This document shows positions 37,743 through 50,867 of a stretch of DNA of 64,000 nucleotides, piece after piece. The notes below the pieces were generated by a model. That model saw only the letters and a list, made by a program, of their open reading frames with translations, made no database searches and was not told the DNA's origin. Within the stretch, counting starts at the first letter, position 1. Every line of letters begins with the position of its first letter. This DNA comes from Sphyrna mokarran. Taxonomy: Eukaryota. The position numbers and the translations under genes are program-made. Where the stretch lies: the NCBI GenBank assembly GCA_024679065.1, contig JAGIQG010000020.1, positions 45,384,001-45,448,000 on the forward strand, read 5' to 3'.

Positions 37743-39834
37743 TATTTTCACGAAATTATGTTATTAGGAAAATACCAGCAAAATGTACGATGTCCAGCAT
37801 TGATTAAAATAGCCATTTAAAAAGTGTTATGCAGTGCTGGAAATATAGAGTCAATCTAGGTTTTTCAAAATATATAAGCTTCTTCACAGCCTGTTCCCCA
37901 TCCTGCCTGAGAAGGAACAGCAGTTATGATGTGAAACAAAGACAGCCTTGCTTGGGCGAGATCATAAAATCCCACCTGAGATCTATGGAGATTTCCATTT
38001 TGGGAACCTCTCCCGCCTCAGTTTCAGCCAATGACTTTGGGAAGGCTGATATTTAATTCGACGAAACAGGTGATGGATGCAGTTTGACATTGCACGGGCA
38101 GTGGAGGGTTTGAGGGAGATAGTGAAGACGTTCACCATTGAAGATACCTGTGGAACCTGCCATTATGTTTTTGGATAACGTCAGCCGGTGGAGAGGATAG
38201 AGGAGAGGAAGCGAAAGGGAGATCCTTGCTGCACTCCAGCTGTAACAGTGTGGGACTGATGAGGTAGAGATGACTCGACTGAGGGAAGTTCCACTGAGTT
38301 GGTGAGAAATTGGAAAAAGCTGGTGAAAGTGAACTCTGTTGCATTCCGTTTTCCAATCTAATTCTGTCCTGAGAGTCTGTTGAAGTGCCAGTTAACAGTG
38401 CAAAACCTGAAATACCCAGTAATACTCCAGCTCAGCAAGCCAATTAATTGAGCTATGTATAATATGGTGCACCATTAATTATATACAACAAAGCTGCATT
38501 TAACCTAAATTTAAATGTCCTTTGTGTTACAATCTTCTCATAAAGCTTATTTGCATAAAATTTCTATACTAGGACATCTCTCTTTTCTGACACTATATAA
38601 ATGAGATCTGCCTTATTCAGATATAGTGTCATTTATTTTCTAAAAATAATATTTCTGCTTTACAATTGAGAAGTCAATTTATAAATTTTGTGTATTTGAG
38701 TAGGATGGGGAAGAAGGTGAGAATATTTCACAGTTAGATGTAACCTCCACTGATATCTTCAACCCGTTAGTTTAAGAAAAGATGTCCAGCCCCTGAAACA
38801 TAAGGCTCCACCACCTTGCTCTGCTTTCCTCTTCCAAAGCCTTGACTCCAATTTAGTGTGTCTGAGAATCCTAACTAGCTCTGGTGTTACAGACATGGGA
38901 TTAACACAGGATGGTCAGACCGGACACAATGACGATGCTTGGCCATAAGACACAGGAGCAAAATTAGGCTACTCGGCCCATCAAATCTGCTCTGCTGTTC
39001 AAGCATGGTTGATACTTTTCTCAACCCCATTCTCCTGCCTTTTCGCCATAACCCCTGATCCCTTTATGAACATTTGGGTTACTGCATTAATTTTTGTTGA
39101 GATGGAAATTTTAAATGTATGGTTAGAACATTTTGCTGTGAGAATTACCATTAGCTGATAGGTAAGCAGTTTGTCTGACCTGATGCACAAGAGGAAACTG
39201 AAGGTGAGGCCAACATTGAGAGAAGAAAGTCATGGAAGGAATGTTCATTCTGAAATAAATTTCAAATGGTTAGCAGCATTAACAATTTGCTGAGGCAATT
39301 GTTTTGAAATTTTCTTTTGCAGTTTTGGCTTCTTCTGTATTGCACTTTTGACACCTTATTAATCATTATTAAGATGTGCAGAGACATTCTGGACTAAATC
39401 TCTGCTGAAGGCTGTCGTCTACAGGTTAATTTTAAAAAATACTTTCGAAGTCTTTCTACAGTTGGCGTTTCTAAATTTGTATTTAGGAATTGTGTATTTA
39501 TAGGAACAGGAGGAGGTCATTCTGCCCCTGGAGGTTGTTTTGCCGTTAATTTAGATCATGGTTGATCTGTAACTTAACTCTATTTATCCACCTTTGCTCC
39601 ACATTCCTCATTTCTGTTACCTCACAAAGAAAAATCTATTAATCTCAATCTCAAAAGCTCCATGATGGGTCAATGTTGGTGACTATGGCCTGAATTTTCC
39701 CAGCTGTTGGAGGCAACTTGGAAGCTGGGGTAGGGAGGATGAGTGAGGTGCTGGGAAAACTGGAGAAAACCATGTCAGACTCTCTCCTCAGATCTGTTCC
39801 TGACTTCACGCAAATTTCCCATCCGTGGGTTTAC

Positions 39835-40615
39835 GAACAAGGAGCAGAAGAAGGCCATTCAGCCCTTTTGAACCTGCCCCACTATTTAATAAGATCATGG
39901 CTGATCTCAAATCTGTATCCTGCCTACCCTCTCAATAACCTATTGCCCCGTATATACCAAGAATCTTTCCACCTCTGCCTGAAAAATATTCCAAGACTCT
40001 GCTTCCACTGCCTTTTCAGGAAAAAAACTCAGTGAAAAAACTCATTGCCATTTTAAATGGACAGTCCTTTATTTTTAAACAATGACCCTATGGTTCTAGA
40101 TTCTCCCTCTTCACGTCCACCCTGTTAATACCTCTCACTATCTTGTTTTTTTCAATCAAGTTGCTTCTTGTTCTTCTGAGCACCAGCAGGTACAAGCCTG
40201 GCCTGTCCATCCTTTCTTTCTAAGACAACCCACTCATTCCAGGTATTGGTTTAGTAACGAGTATTTCCTAAATGGTAAGAAATTAGAAAGTGTAGATGTA
40301 CAGAGGGACCTGGGTGTCCTTGTCCATAAGTCACTGAAACTAACATGTAGGTGCGACAAGCTATTGGAAAATTAATGAAATGTAACCTTTATCACAAAAG
40401 GATTATGAATCTTTGGAATTCTCTACCCCAGAAGGCTGTGGGAGCTCAATCATTGCATACATTTAAGAAATAGATTGATAGATTTCTGATTAACAATCCT
40501 GCAAAAGTTTATGGGGCTAGTGGATGTAAAAGGCATTGAAGTGTCCAATCAACCATGGTCACATTGAATAGTGGAACTGATTTGATGGGCTGAATGGTTT
40601 ATTCCTGTTTCTAAA
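39835..40615. mobile_element. Two CR1 3' fragments in opposite orientation
   Basis: Minus copy 39835-40255 and plus copy 40260-40615 with CR1 3' UTR motifs. Confidence 0.65.
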
Positions 40616-40859
40616 TCTTCCCTGAACCACTTTTCCAATGATTTCTTTAAACATGGTGACTAATAAGTAAAACAAACTCTCCAAATGTGACCTCACTAGT
40701 ACACTGTAGCATAACTTCAGTTTTTACAACAATCGATGATTGTTTCATGGTTACTATTACCAAGGCTAGTTTCTCAATTCCAGATTTTATTAATTGAATT
40801 TAAATTCTACTCGTGGTAGGAACTGAACCCAGGTCCCCAAAGCATTAGTGCTGAACATC

Positions 40860-41800
40860 TGATCACTATGCTACCAACCCAGCTGGGGGATATAAGGAGG
40901 CAATTAAAACAGTTAAAGCCTGAATGAATGAATGACTGTTTTTGCAGAGGTAAGCAGGTTTATGGTGTCGCACCAACTTCTTGCTGTGTCAGGAGACTGG
41001 AAGAATCTCACCATCAAAAACATCTTCCCCTCTCCTCCCTCAATCACCCCTTTCCTTTCCCACAGCACTTTTCCAGGAGGGAAGAAGAATTGTAACACCT
41101 GTCTGCTGGCTTCTTTTTACGATGTCCAAGGCCCCAAGCACTGCTTCCGGGTGAATTAATGATTACACACACTTTCAACGTAGCCTACTGTAATCGCTAC
41201 TCACGAGGCAGTCTACCCTGGGGAGACAAAAGGCAGACTGGGTGATATCTTTGAGGAACACCTCCATCCAGTCTCCATGTATAACCCTGCCTTTCCATCT
41301 GCTGATCATTTTAATTATTCACCTTGCTCCCACTCTAACCTTGACCTTGTACAGTACTCCAATGAAGCTCAGCACAAACTCACTGAAAAAGACATCGATC
41401 TTTGGACCAGCATTTTCAGACTCAACATTGTGTTGTGCAATTTTCCGATGGTAATCTCTGCCCCCATTTTTTTGCCTTTCTCTTTACAAGTATTGGTTTG
41501 ACTCATTTGTCTTTCTTTGCATTTGGACGGTGTCTATTCATTATTCTGCCATTCACAGCTCCTCCAGACACACATTTTATTCCTTGCTCGTCACCACTCT
41601 CTTTGGCCTTGCGTCTTTTTGTCACTTAATCTCTCCCGACTTCCTTTGTTTAAACAATCTGCTCCCCTTTCATTTCTAACTTTTCCAAAGTCAGATGAAA
41701 AACCTGAAATTATATAACTGTTTCCCTCTCCGCAAATGCTTCCAGATCTCATGAAAACTTCCCGTATTTTCCGTGTTTTTTTATTTATGCTCTCCCAGCT
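40860..41800 (+). mobile_element. Degenerate Penelope-like element (GIY-YIG region and 3' end)
   Basis: TFP..RKNCNTC, QGPKHCF.V, Y.GETK.RLGD.F.EHL, HFN, EAQHKL remnants. Confidence 0.7.
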
Positions 41801-42010
41801 GTTCTGACCAATATTTAATCCTGCTGCCAAAATTGCAAACAGATTATTTGGTTATTGTCAGACTGCTGTTTGTGGAATCTTGCTGTGCACAAATTGGTTG
41901 CCACGTTTCCTATTTTACTACAGTGACTACATTTCAGAAAGACTTCACTGGCTGTAAGGCTCTTTTGACCAGCCTGTGGTTGTGGAAGGTGCTATATAAT
42001 TGCACGTTCC
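41800..42010 (+). mobile_element. Deu-domain SINE 3' half
   Basis: ctgctgtttgtggaatcttgctgtgcacaaattggttgccacgtttcct...cactggctgtaagg...gctatataa. Confidence 0.75.
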
Positions 42011-42264
42011 TCATTTCTCCTTAACTTGATACTGATTGATTTTTAATCTGATTTATTTCTGCTCTCCTCTTTGCAGTCGAATTCTTGCAAAAAAGCCTTT
42101 TCGTTTATGTTATTATCACCAAAATTCGCAACAAGAGCAAGGCAAAATCCTTGGTTCCTAAATGCCTCCCCACCACCATCCCTCCCATTCTGTACACACC
42201 CCTCTTCCAACGTGGGTAGATTTAACATGGAGGTTCACCATATATCTATCCCTCCTGACATTGA

Positions 42265-42526
42265 CATTCTTCCGTCAAGAAAAAGATACAAAAGTCTGAG
42301 GTCACATACCAACAAACTCAAGAACAGCTTCTTTCCTGCTGCTGTCAGACTTTGAATGGACCTACCTTGCATTAAGATGATCTTTCTCTACACCCACACT
42401 ATGACTGTAACACTACAGTCTGCATTGTCTTGTTTCCTTCTCTATGAACGGTATATTCCATCGCATGCAAGAAACAATACTTTTCACTGTATATTAGTAC
42501 ATGTGACAATAACAAAGCAAATCAAA
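42265..42526 (+). mobile_element. Rex1/Babar-like LINE 3' end
   Basis: LPSRKRYKSLRSHTNKLKNSFFPAAVRL and tail. Confidence 0.8.
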
Positions 42527-43224
42527 GACTACAAGAATGCCTATTTGGGGGAAGGTATATCCTGCATTTTCCCCATCCTCTCTTCCCACTGTACGTCTTC
42601 CTAAAGTAAGGAATCCCTTTTCTTTAGAGAAGTATTTTCCCTTCAAGCAGTGGAAGGAGGTTTTAATCCGTGGGATTTAAATTTAGTTCATTGTTCAACC
42701 ATTGATAGGTCAACCTTTTCAAACAATGCAATTGTTTCTGATGTGACACACTCCAAACTTATGTTTGACAGTATAGCTGATATTTTCTAGAGTTCCTCGG
42801 CATGGTGTTGATTAACGGAAAGCTTTGTGACTGAGAAAGGTTTCACAAGTTAATGTGAATCTGCATTATATTTCATACAGAAATCTGTGTCTCTGTTCAT
42901 TTCCGTCTCTCATCTCCCATTCCCACTTTTATTTCTTTCATTATCTTCTTTCTTCCTATCTTATTTTTGCTTTTCTTTCTGCCTTTTTCTTTCTTTTCAC
43001 ACTTTGATGGGAGATTTGTGTTGCTGGGAGGATGGCCCTTAAAGGGGGTAATAGCAAACATTGGGACTGAATCAGTGTTTTGTAGTTTTCTGGGCATCAC
43101 AATGCTTCATGGAGAAGTAGATGAGATTTGCTCAAATAATTCCACAAGTTGTGTGTTAGAGGGTGTTGAATACAACTTGGTAGGTCTTGACGAAGTCCTT
43201 GTAGTCATTATCTACAAGAACTAT

Positions 43225-43570
43225 ACAAACCAGTCTCACATCCATTGACTCTGTCTACACTTCTCGCTGCCTCAGAAAAGCAACCTGCATAATCAAGGAC
43301 CCCACGCACCTTCTTCTGTAAGGAAAAGGATACAAAAGTCTGAGATAAGTACAACTGACTCAAGAACAGCTGCTTCCCTGCTGCCATCAGACTTTTGAAT
43401 AGAACTATCGCGCACTATGTTGATCTTTCTCTACATCCTAGCAATGACTGTAACACTAGATTCTCCACTCTCTCCTTTCCTTCTCAATGTACAGTAAACT
43501 TTGTCTGTATAGCGTGCAAGAAACAATACTTTTCACTCTATGCTGATACATGTGACAATACTAAATCAAA
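43225..43570 (+). mobile_element. Rex1/Babar-like LINE 3' end
   Basis: Same family as 2495-2866 and 42265-42526. Confidence 0.8.
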
Positions 43571-43726
43571 AATACAAATGTACAGTCAAAGATTCAAGCT
43601 AGGAGCTGCCTCCATTCTCGCTAGTGCACACAGCTCTATCCAAGACTAGACTGACCCCTTGGTATAAGGTCATGTGTTCTCTGACATCACTGTGGGCGGT
43701 ACGCAGTCTCATGTTAACCCTAGATC

Positions 43727-43998
43727 TGATGTGGAGATGCCAGTGTTGGACTGAGGTAAACATAGTGAGAAGTCTCACAACACCAGGTTAATGTCCAACC
43801 AGTTTATTTGATACTAAACCCACAAGCTTTCGGAAACACTGTTCCTTCTTCAGGTGTGTGAAAGGTTCTGATCAGAGAAGGGCATATAAAAGACACACAC
43901 AGTAAACTTCCACATACCTGATGAAGGAACAGTGTTTCCGAAAGCTTGTGTGTTTATTATCAAATAAACTGGTTGGACTTTAACCTGGTGTTGCGAAA
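43727..43998. mobile_element. Palindromic Penelope-terminal-repeat derivative with hammerhead cores on both strands
   Basis: Inverted arms ~43777-43860 and ~43911-43998; same family as 33884 and 50570. Confidence 0.85.
43912..43953 (+). ncRNA. Minimal type-I hammerhead ribozyme motif
   Basis: ACAUAC-CUGAUGA-A-GGAAC(AGU)GUUUCC-GAAA-GC-UU-GUGUGU: helix I 6 bp, helix II, intact core, palindromic AAGCUU in place of helix III. Confidence 0.7.
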
Positions 43999-44019
43999 TC
44001 TTAGATATGCCACATCCTT

Positions 44020-44450
44020 GTATTACGTATGGAGAGAGACTGGAGAAGCTGATATGGTTTTAGAGTATTGAGGGTTAAGAGGAGTTTTGATTGAGGTGTT
44101 TGGATAGAGTTGGTAGAAAAAAAAGAGAAGCTTTCCTGGGGACTGAAGGTTCGATAACCAGAAAACAGATTTCAGATGGTTGGCAAAAGAACCAGAGGTG
44201 AAATGAGGACAAGCATTTTTTAAAATGTTGCGAATGGTTAGGATTTGGAATGCGCTGTCTGTTGGGTGGTGACCACAGATTCGATAACAGCTTTATAAAT
44301 GAAACAGGATAAATACTTGAAGGAGAGAGAAAGTTGCAAGGATTGGGTGAAAGAACCGGAGGAGGACTAACTTGATTGCTTTCAAAAGATCTGCTGAAAA
44401 CTCGATAGGCTGAATGGCCTCCTTCTGTGCTGTATTATCCTCTGGTTCAA
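44020..44450 (+). mobile_element. CR1 3' fragment
   Basis: Ends ggctgaatggcctccttctgtgctgta. Confidence 0.7.
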
Positions 44451-45099
44451 TAAAACGTAGCCTGCAACAGTTCACTTTACTGTCTCACCTGTCCTGCCCC
44501 CCTCTACATTCCCATTCCTGCACTGAGCTGCTCCTTTCTGAATCAGACATCTAACTGCTGTGTCTTCTCCTTTCACACTTCAACAACTCACTCCTTAATA
44601 TAGAGGGTGGAAGCTTCCCCTTCACCCTGTTTCTCCCTTCCTCTGCAGCCCACTCTTGCATTGAAGATTATAAAAGATTTGAAAGGGCGACTGTGGAGAA
44701 ATCTGGCAATTTAATGATAGTCGCCATTAAATCTAATAGAGAACTCTGGAGGACTTTCTTTACCCAGACAATGGTGAGAACGTGAACTCCCTGACACAGG
44801 GAGTGGTTCAGATGAAGAACATTAATACATTTGGAGGAGAGGCTGGGAGAGAGAACAGAAAGATGTCGATAGGTTGGATGGACTAAGGTGTGGAGTCTAA
44901 GTATCAAGGTGAAGAAGTGGGTTGAGTGCCCAGTTTTCTAAACTCAATGCAAGGCTCCAAATAATAATTCTCGAATCAGAGGCGAGTGCTTTTGCTGCCC
45001 ATAATGATCCCCTCTTTGGTGCCCCAGAGTACATAACTTTATAACATTGATGCTGCCAAGGTTGTACCATAGTGCCATTCATGCTGCATTTGCCCTGTA

Positions 45100-46866
45100 T
45101 GAACTTAGCAACATGTGAATACGGTCCAAGTACCTATAGTCATCCTTGTGGAAACATGCCCGTTTACTCAACTTGCTGCTTTCCCCTCCAATCTCTGCAA
45201 ACTTGTGCTGCAGACAGAGAGTCTTTATAACGGACTGTTTGTACAGTAACTGCTGACCTGGGTGTGAAAATGCTTTGCTTTGATCCAGAGATTTACATTA
45301 ACTTTCCGAACCTCAGCTACCACAGGGCAAGGTTCTGTTAGAAACTGGTTGCATCAAAGTGTATTCAAGCAACTGTAAATGAGACTCAATTCTAGTCACA
45401 TTGCCTTTACCTTTAAACTTATTTAATCAGTTGGATGTTGGGAGTTCTTTCTGGGAGCTTTTATGTGATTCGTTACTGAATCCATAGTTTGTGCAGTTGC
45501 AAATTCCAGGTAAAATTGGCCCAAGAAGCACTTGCAATTGATACAGGACACTGAGGTGTGAAATGCAGTAAAAACATTTTTGTGTTTTTTTCTAATATTG
45601 CTGACTTTGTTGAAGCTTTTGGTCTTGCATGCATCAGAATAATCGCAAGATAACAATGTCAGGAGAAGCAACAACTTTATATTGTATAAGAGTGCTGATT
45701 GGTTGGCAAGTGGACTTTGGCTTGTAGAGGCGTTGCTGTGAAGAATGCACCAGTTGAAGATGACTGACAGTTAACTGCCAAGAATTGTTTAAAATTTAAA
45801 CCGGGTAACTTGGCTCTAATTGGTCAAGACGTTGCCCTGGGAAATGAACCAGTGAATAGCCGTCACCTATTTTGTTTAGTTGAAAGAGGCACAAAAAGGG
45901 GCAGTGGTCAGCAGAGGAATTGGGCAACACCGGCGCTATTATCTGAGAGTTCTTTGGCCCACCTAAGGAGGAATGGAGCAAAGACTTTGCAGATTTCAAG
46001 AGAATTTGCTGGTTCTTAGTTTAGCTTAGTTGCTATGCAAGTGAGTCACGTGTTTGTACAGTACCAGGGTGCAGACCAGGGTGTGAAAATGCTTTGCTTT
46101 GATCCAGTGATTTACTTTAACTTTCTTAAATTCAGTTACCACGGGCCAAGGTTCTATTAGAAACCAATTACATCAAAGCATATTCATTCAACTATAAATG
46201 ACTGCTGTCAAGTCAAAAAGACATTCTGCCTATGACACAAGTGAGTAATGTGGTGTATGAATTTCAGTGTCAGTGTGGTGCCAGATGTGTGGGAGGCATG
46301 TCTGAAAGACTGGAGGATTGTATTGAGCTGCATGTCTTTTCTGCTGTTTGCAATAGGCAAGGTACAGACCATACTCAACCAGGCAGTGCTTACAAAATGC
46401 AACAGTACGACCAACAATGTAATTCCATGTTTGGACATTTCCTAAATAATCCTCAGTGTGCTAAAAATTAAGCTGACAACCAATTTAATATCGTTAGTCA
46501 GGCTCACAATGTGGCATGTACTAGAAACTACAGATATTAATACAAAAGACCCTGTTCTTTACAGACAGAAAGAACAGGTACACAAATTGCACCTGTTTCA
46601 GCTAAACAAAATAAGTGAAACCATTCACTGGTCCATTCCACAGGGCAGTGTCTTGACCAAGAGAGTCAAGCTGCCTGGTTTAAATTTCAAACAATACATG
46701 GCATCAACTGGTGCATTTTCCATAGCAACACCTCTACAAAAGACTATGCAGCCTTGTTTTGATGGAGTTGTCACTGTCTCAAGGACACTTGAATTACAAG
46801 GGACTGTGGGGGACAGAGCAAAAGCTTTGCAGATTTCAAGAGGATTTGCTGGTCCTTAATTTAGCA
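45100..46866. mobile_element. Rearranged Penelope-like element complex with GIY-YIG remnant
   Basis: SNVVYEFQCQCGARCVG..SERL.D.I..HV (46232-46471); direct repeats 45237-45385/46052-46202 and 45976-46026/46816-46866; inverted copy 45600-45890 versus 46585-46740. Confidence 0.7.
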
Positions 46867-47229
46867 CTTGGCCCATCAGTTGTTTCAGCTTCCTGGATAG
46901 CTCTAGAGAATCACCCGTATTGGTGCAAAGACATACCCAATTTAATTCAATTGGCCGTTGCTTCCATTTTAAAACACATATTCTTGTGTTCAAATCTTTA
47001 CTCCCTCCTTTTCCCAGTAACCTTTTCTAACCCCATAACTCCGCAATATCGCTGCACTTGTACTAAATCTGGTCTATATTAATTGCTCTATCATTATCAT
47101 TTCCTTCAGCTGCTTTGACCGTAAGCTCTGGAATTTCTTCCTAAAATTCTCTGCCTCTTTTTTTTTAAGACACTCCCTAAACCCCCCAGCCTCTTTGATT
47201 ACATCTCCTAATATCTCCTTGTTTATCCG

Positions 47230-48555
47230 ACCATGAGATGTAGGAACAGATATAGACCGTTCAGCCCATTCCACCATTCAATGAGATCATGACTGATTCA
47301 ATCATTTTCAACTCCACTTTCCTGCCTTATCCCCATAACCCTCAATTCCCTTACTGATTAAAAGTCTGTCTCTCAGCCTTGAACCAGCCTCTGTAACAAG
47401 AAATTCTTCCTTATCTCTGTCTTCAATGGGTGACTCCTTACTCTGAGATGATGCCCTCTGGCCCTAGACTCTCCCACAAGAGGAAACAACCTCTCGGCAT
47501 CTACCGTGTCAAGCCCCCCGAAAATCCTATGTCTCAATAAAGTCGCCTCTCATTCTTCTAAATTCCAGTGAATACAAGCCCAATCAACTCAACTCTCCTC
47601 AGAAGAAAATTGCTCCACATCCAGGATCAACCTAGTGAATCTTCTCTGGGCTGCCTCCAAGGCCAATTTATTTTTCCTTCAATAAGAAACTGTTCACTGT
47701 AGTCCAGGTGTGTTCTAACTAGTGACTTGCATTGTTTTAACAAGACTTCCCTTTTCTATACTCCATTCCTTTTTGAAATAAAGGCCAACATTCCACTTGC
47801 TTTCCTGAGCTTCGGTCCGTCTTGTTGTTTAACAAGGGGCATACACGTGATGGGTCGTGAGAGGACTGCTCTTGGATAAATGAGTGCCAAGTTTTTGCCC
47901 ACTCACTTAACCCACTTATATCCGTCTGCAGACTTATCATCCTCACCGCTAACCTTCTCATCTGTTTTGTGTCATCTGTAAACTTGGCAATACATTTATT
48001 TCCCTTGCCCAAGTCATTAATATATTTTGTAAATAAATTTGTGGCCCAGCACTGATCCTCGTGATATTCCACTGGTTACAGGTTGCCATCCTGAAAATAC
48101 CTCTCCTATCCTGACTCTGTCTTCTATTAATTAGCCAATCCTCTATCCATGCCAAGATATTAATCTCAACACCATGGACTCTTCTTAAGCAGTCTTTTAC
48201 ACAGAACCAATGCTTTTTGGAAATCCAAGTATATTACATCTACAGGTTTCCCTTTATCTATCCTGTTCATTACCATCTCAAAGATTTTAATACATTTGTC
48301 AGGTATGAATTCCCCTTCATGAAGCCAGGCTGATTCTGGTTGACTATATTATGTATTTCTAAACACTCTGCTATTACATTCTTTATAACGGACTCTAACA
48401 TTTTCCCAGTGACAGATACCAAGCTAACTGGCCTGTAGTTACCAGTGTTTGTCTCTCTTTTTGAATAAGTGTGTTAGCAGTTTTCCAATCTTCCGGGACT
48501 TTTCCAGAATTTAAGGCTTCTTGGAAGATTACAATCAGTGCCTTCATTATCTCTG
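47230..48555 (-). mobile_element. Degenerate CR1 RT and 3' end
   Basis: AWIEDWL.NRRQ, KFTDDTK motifs; 3' UTR. Confidence 0.85.
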
Positions 48556-49724
48556 CAGCGGCTGGTTAAAATCTTGCTGAAGTTCCTGTGAAATAGTTCA
48601 ACTATGTTCCAGGCGTAATGTAGTGTAAATTGTTGTGGGTGAATGCCCCCGAATTTGCCATCTTTGGTGAGATTGGCACTGAAGGTGGGTCGATCCCTCC
48701 AATGGAAAGGCCACGGATTTTGCTGTTATTCCTTTCCATTTGCTCTGTAGCCAGTTGGACTTAGTGCATCATTTATTATCTCCATTCCAGAGGTGGCATC
48801 GTCCTTAAGTTTTTTTTGTTAAGAGCGCACTAATGCTCAAAAATGAGAAAAAGACCAAACTGATCTTGTGTTTACATAGCTTGTTTTGGAAATATAGAAA
48901 AATAACTAGTTCTCATTATTATCTTGGCTGGATCAGAGAATGTTCAAATTGTTTGCTGGAATCAACCTCTTTAATGTGGTGACAAGTGGTTTAAATTAAA
49001 ATGGGACTTTGAAGAAACCCTGGTATGTTTTAGGACTGAAGATTAAAGTTGACATGCTGGGTTTTGTTCTTTAGGAGATTTTCAAGCACATCTGTCACAT
49101 CTGGTAGTTGTAAACTTCTTTTTAAGTATGGAAAAATGTTAATAGTTTCAAAATGTGTTCTTTCACTAATGTATGTGTGAGTTGACACCTAAGATTGTGA
49201 TTTGATACAGAGTGCACGCTACATTACTGATTATGCATAGATATTACCTGTAATTGTGACCTGAATACTCCTTTTACAGCTGCACCCGCCTTTATCCCAA
49301 TCGCTAAAGGAGGCTAATCCTTTACGGTGGAAGGGTTTCATGGGCAGTCACAACCCACACAAAATGTTGGGGAGAGGGGAAGCTCATCCCTACCTCCATC
49401 TGATGTATTATTCCATTGGATGTTAACGCAGGGTTCAGAGTTGGAACTTCAGTCTGAACTCGATAGATTGTGGAGGAGGGTTCAGACCATGTACTCGCTA
49501 ACACAAAAAGCAGGAATGCTACCGCTATGCCAAAGGCTCTTTGTATCTACATTCTCCTTGTTTCTCTGAGCCACACCACAATGGGAGCCCATTTTTAGAG
49601 TAAAAACATTCTGTATCATGAGGATGCCCTAGAGGGCATGTATTTTATTATTAATGTAATGTGAGCAGTAACGTCCTTTACCCCAGAATCGCGATATCTT
49701 ATGCATCACAATATGTACGAATTC

Positions 49725-50070
49725 TGGGCAGCATGGTAGCACAGTGGTTAGCATTGCTAACTCTCAGCACCTGGGTTCAATTTCAGCTTTGGGCGACTGT
49801 GTGGAGTTTGTATGTTCTCCTCATGTCTGCATGGGTCTCCTGTAGACTGTGGAAGGAAACCAGAGCACCCAAAGATGTGTTGGATAGATGGATTAGCCAT
49901 TCTAAATTGCCCCTAGTGCCCCAAGATGTGTAGGTTAGGGAGATTAGTGGTGTAAATGTGTGGGGTAATAATAGGATGGAGGGGGTTTGGGCACGTTTCT
50001 CTGTCGGAAAGTCAGTGCAGACACGATGGGTTGAATGGCTTTCTTCTGCATGGTCGGGATTCTATGATGA
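49725..50070 (+). mobile_element. V-SINE with CR1-type tail
   Basis: ggcagcatggtagcacagtggttagc head; tail gaatggctttcttctgca...gattctatga. Confidence 0.8.
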
Positions 50071-50569
50071 TTCCTAGCCTACTCAAAACCATGTGATCTC
50101 TTTGAAGAGGCAAAAATCAGATTTTAAAAACTCCGGGCAAAATAGAGAGAAGAATCTAGAATGTTCCTTTCCAAATCTCTTAGATGATCGGAACTGATCA
50201 TTCCATAGGAGATTATTCCATTTGCACTAATTCCTCACAGTATCTACTCTTGGGTACGAGGTGAACTTCATCCCCAACCAGAAAGAGTCCAGGTTTAGCT
50301 TGAAGGAATTCAGCAAATTGGTATCCACCACAGGAGCTGCAGCTTATTCCAGAGGTTATAACCTTTAACCTCTCTTTGAACTGTGGATACTGGCTGAATG
50401 TTTATTCTCGTGTGAGGGAAAATACCAAAATTCGATGATATTTGTGTAGTGTATTAACATTTCCAACCCATCCTTGTTTAGTTGATTATCCAGCCTGTCC
50501 TATGTGGTGTGTGATTTATTAAGAATATTTCATTATCTCTTTTGATCGGCTGTCCATTTGGGAAAGGCA

Positions 50570-50773
50570 TAGTAAGAAGTCTCACAACGCCAGGCTAAAG
50601 TCCAACAGGTTTATTTGGAATCAAGAGCTTACGGAGTGCTGCTCCTTTGCCCGATGAAGGAGCGGTGCTCTAAAAGCTCGTGACTTCAAATAGACCTGTT
50701 GGGACTTTAACCTGGTGTTGTGAGATTTCTTACTGTGTCCACCCCTAGTCCAACACCGGCATTTCCACATCAT
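50570..50773. mobile_element. Palindromic Penelope-terminal-repeat derivative ~95 bp upstream of the CUB exon-2 acceptor
   Basis: Arms agtaagaagtctcacaacgccaggctaaagtccaacaggtttatttg / aatagacctgttgggactttaacctggtgttgtgagatttcttact; hammerhead core mutated. Confidence 0.8.
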
Positions 50774-50867
50774 ATGGGAAAGGAAATTGGAGCTGGGAAC
50801 TAGAGGAAGGAACTGGAAAAAAAATCATGTAAAGCCTTGGTGACCCCCTGCAATATTTTATTTTCAG

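Noticed and set aside
42967-43248. 93-aa ORF after a long pyrimidine tract as an extra CUB-gene exon
   Set aside because: No convincing acceptor/donor pair, no domain similarity, runs into a Rex element, and exons 1 and 2 already join seamlessly.
49075-49103. Possible micro-exon after ttttgttctttag
   Set aside because: Weak donor (gtagtt) and 29-nt length would frameshift the CUB ORF.
50640-50685. Active hammerhead near exon 2 (and at 33962-33990)
   Set aside because: Core mutated (CCGATGA, TAAAA) or helix II disrupted; treated as decayed copies.
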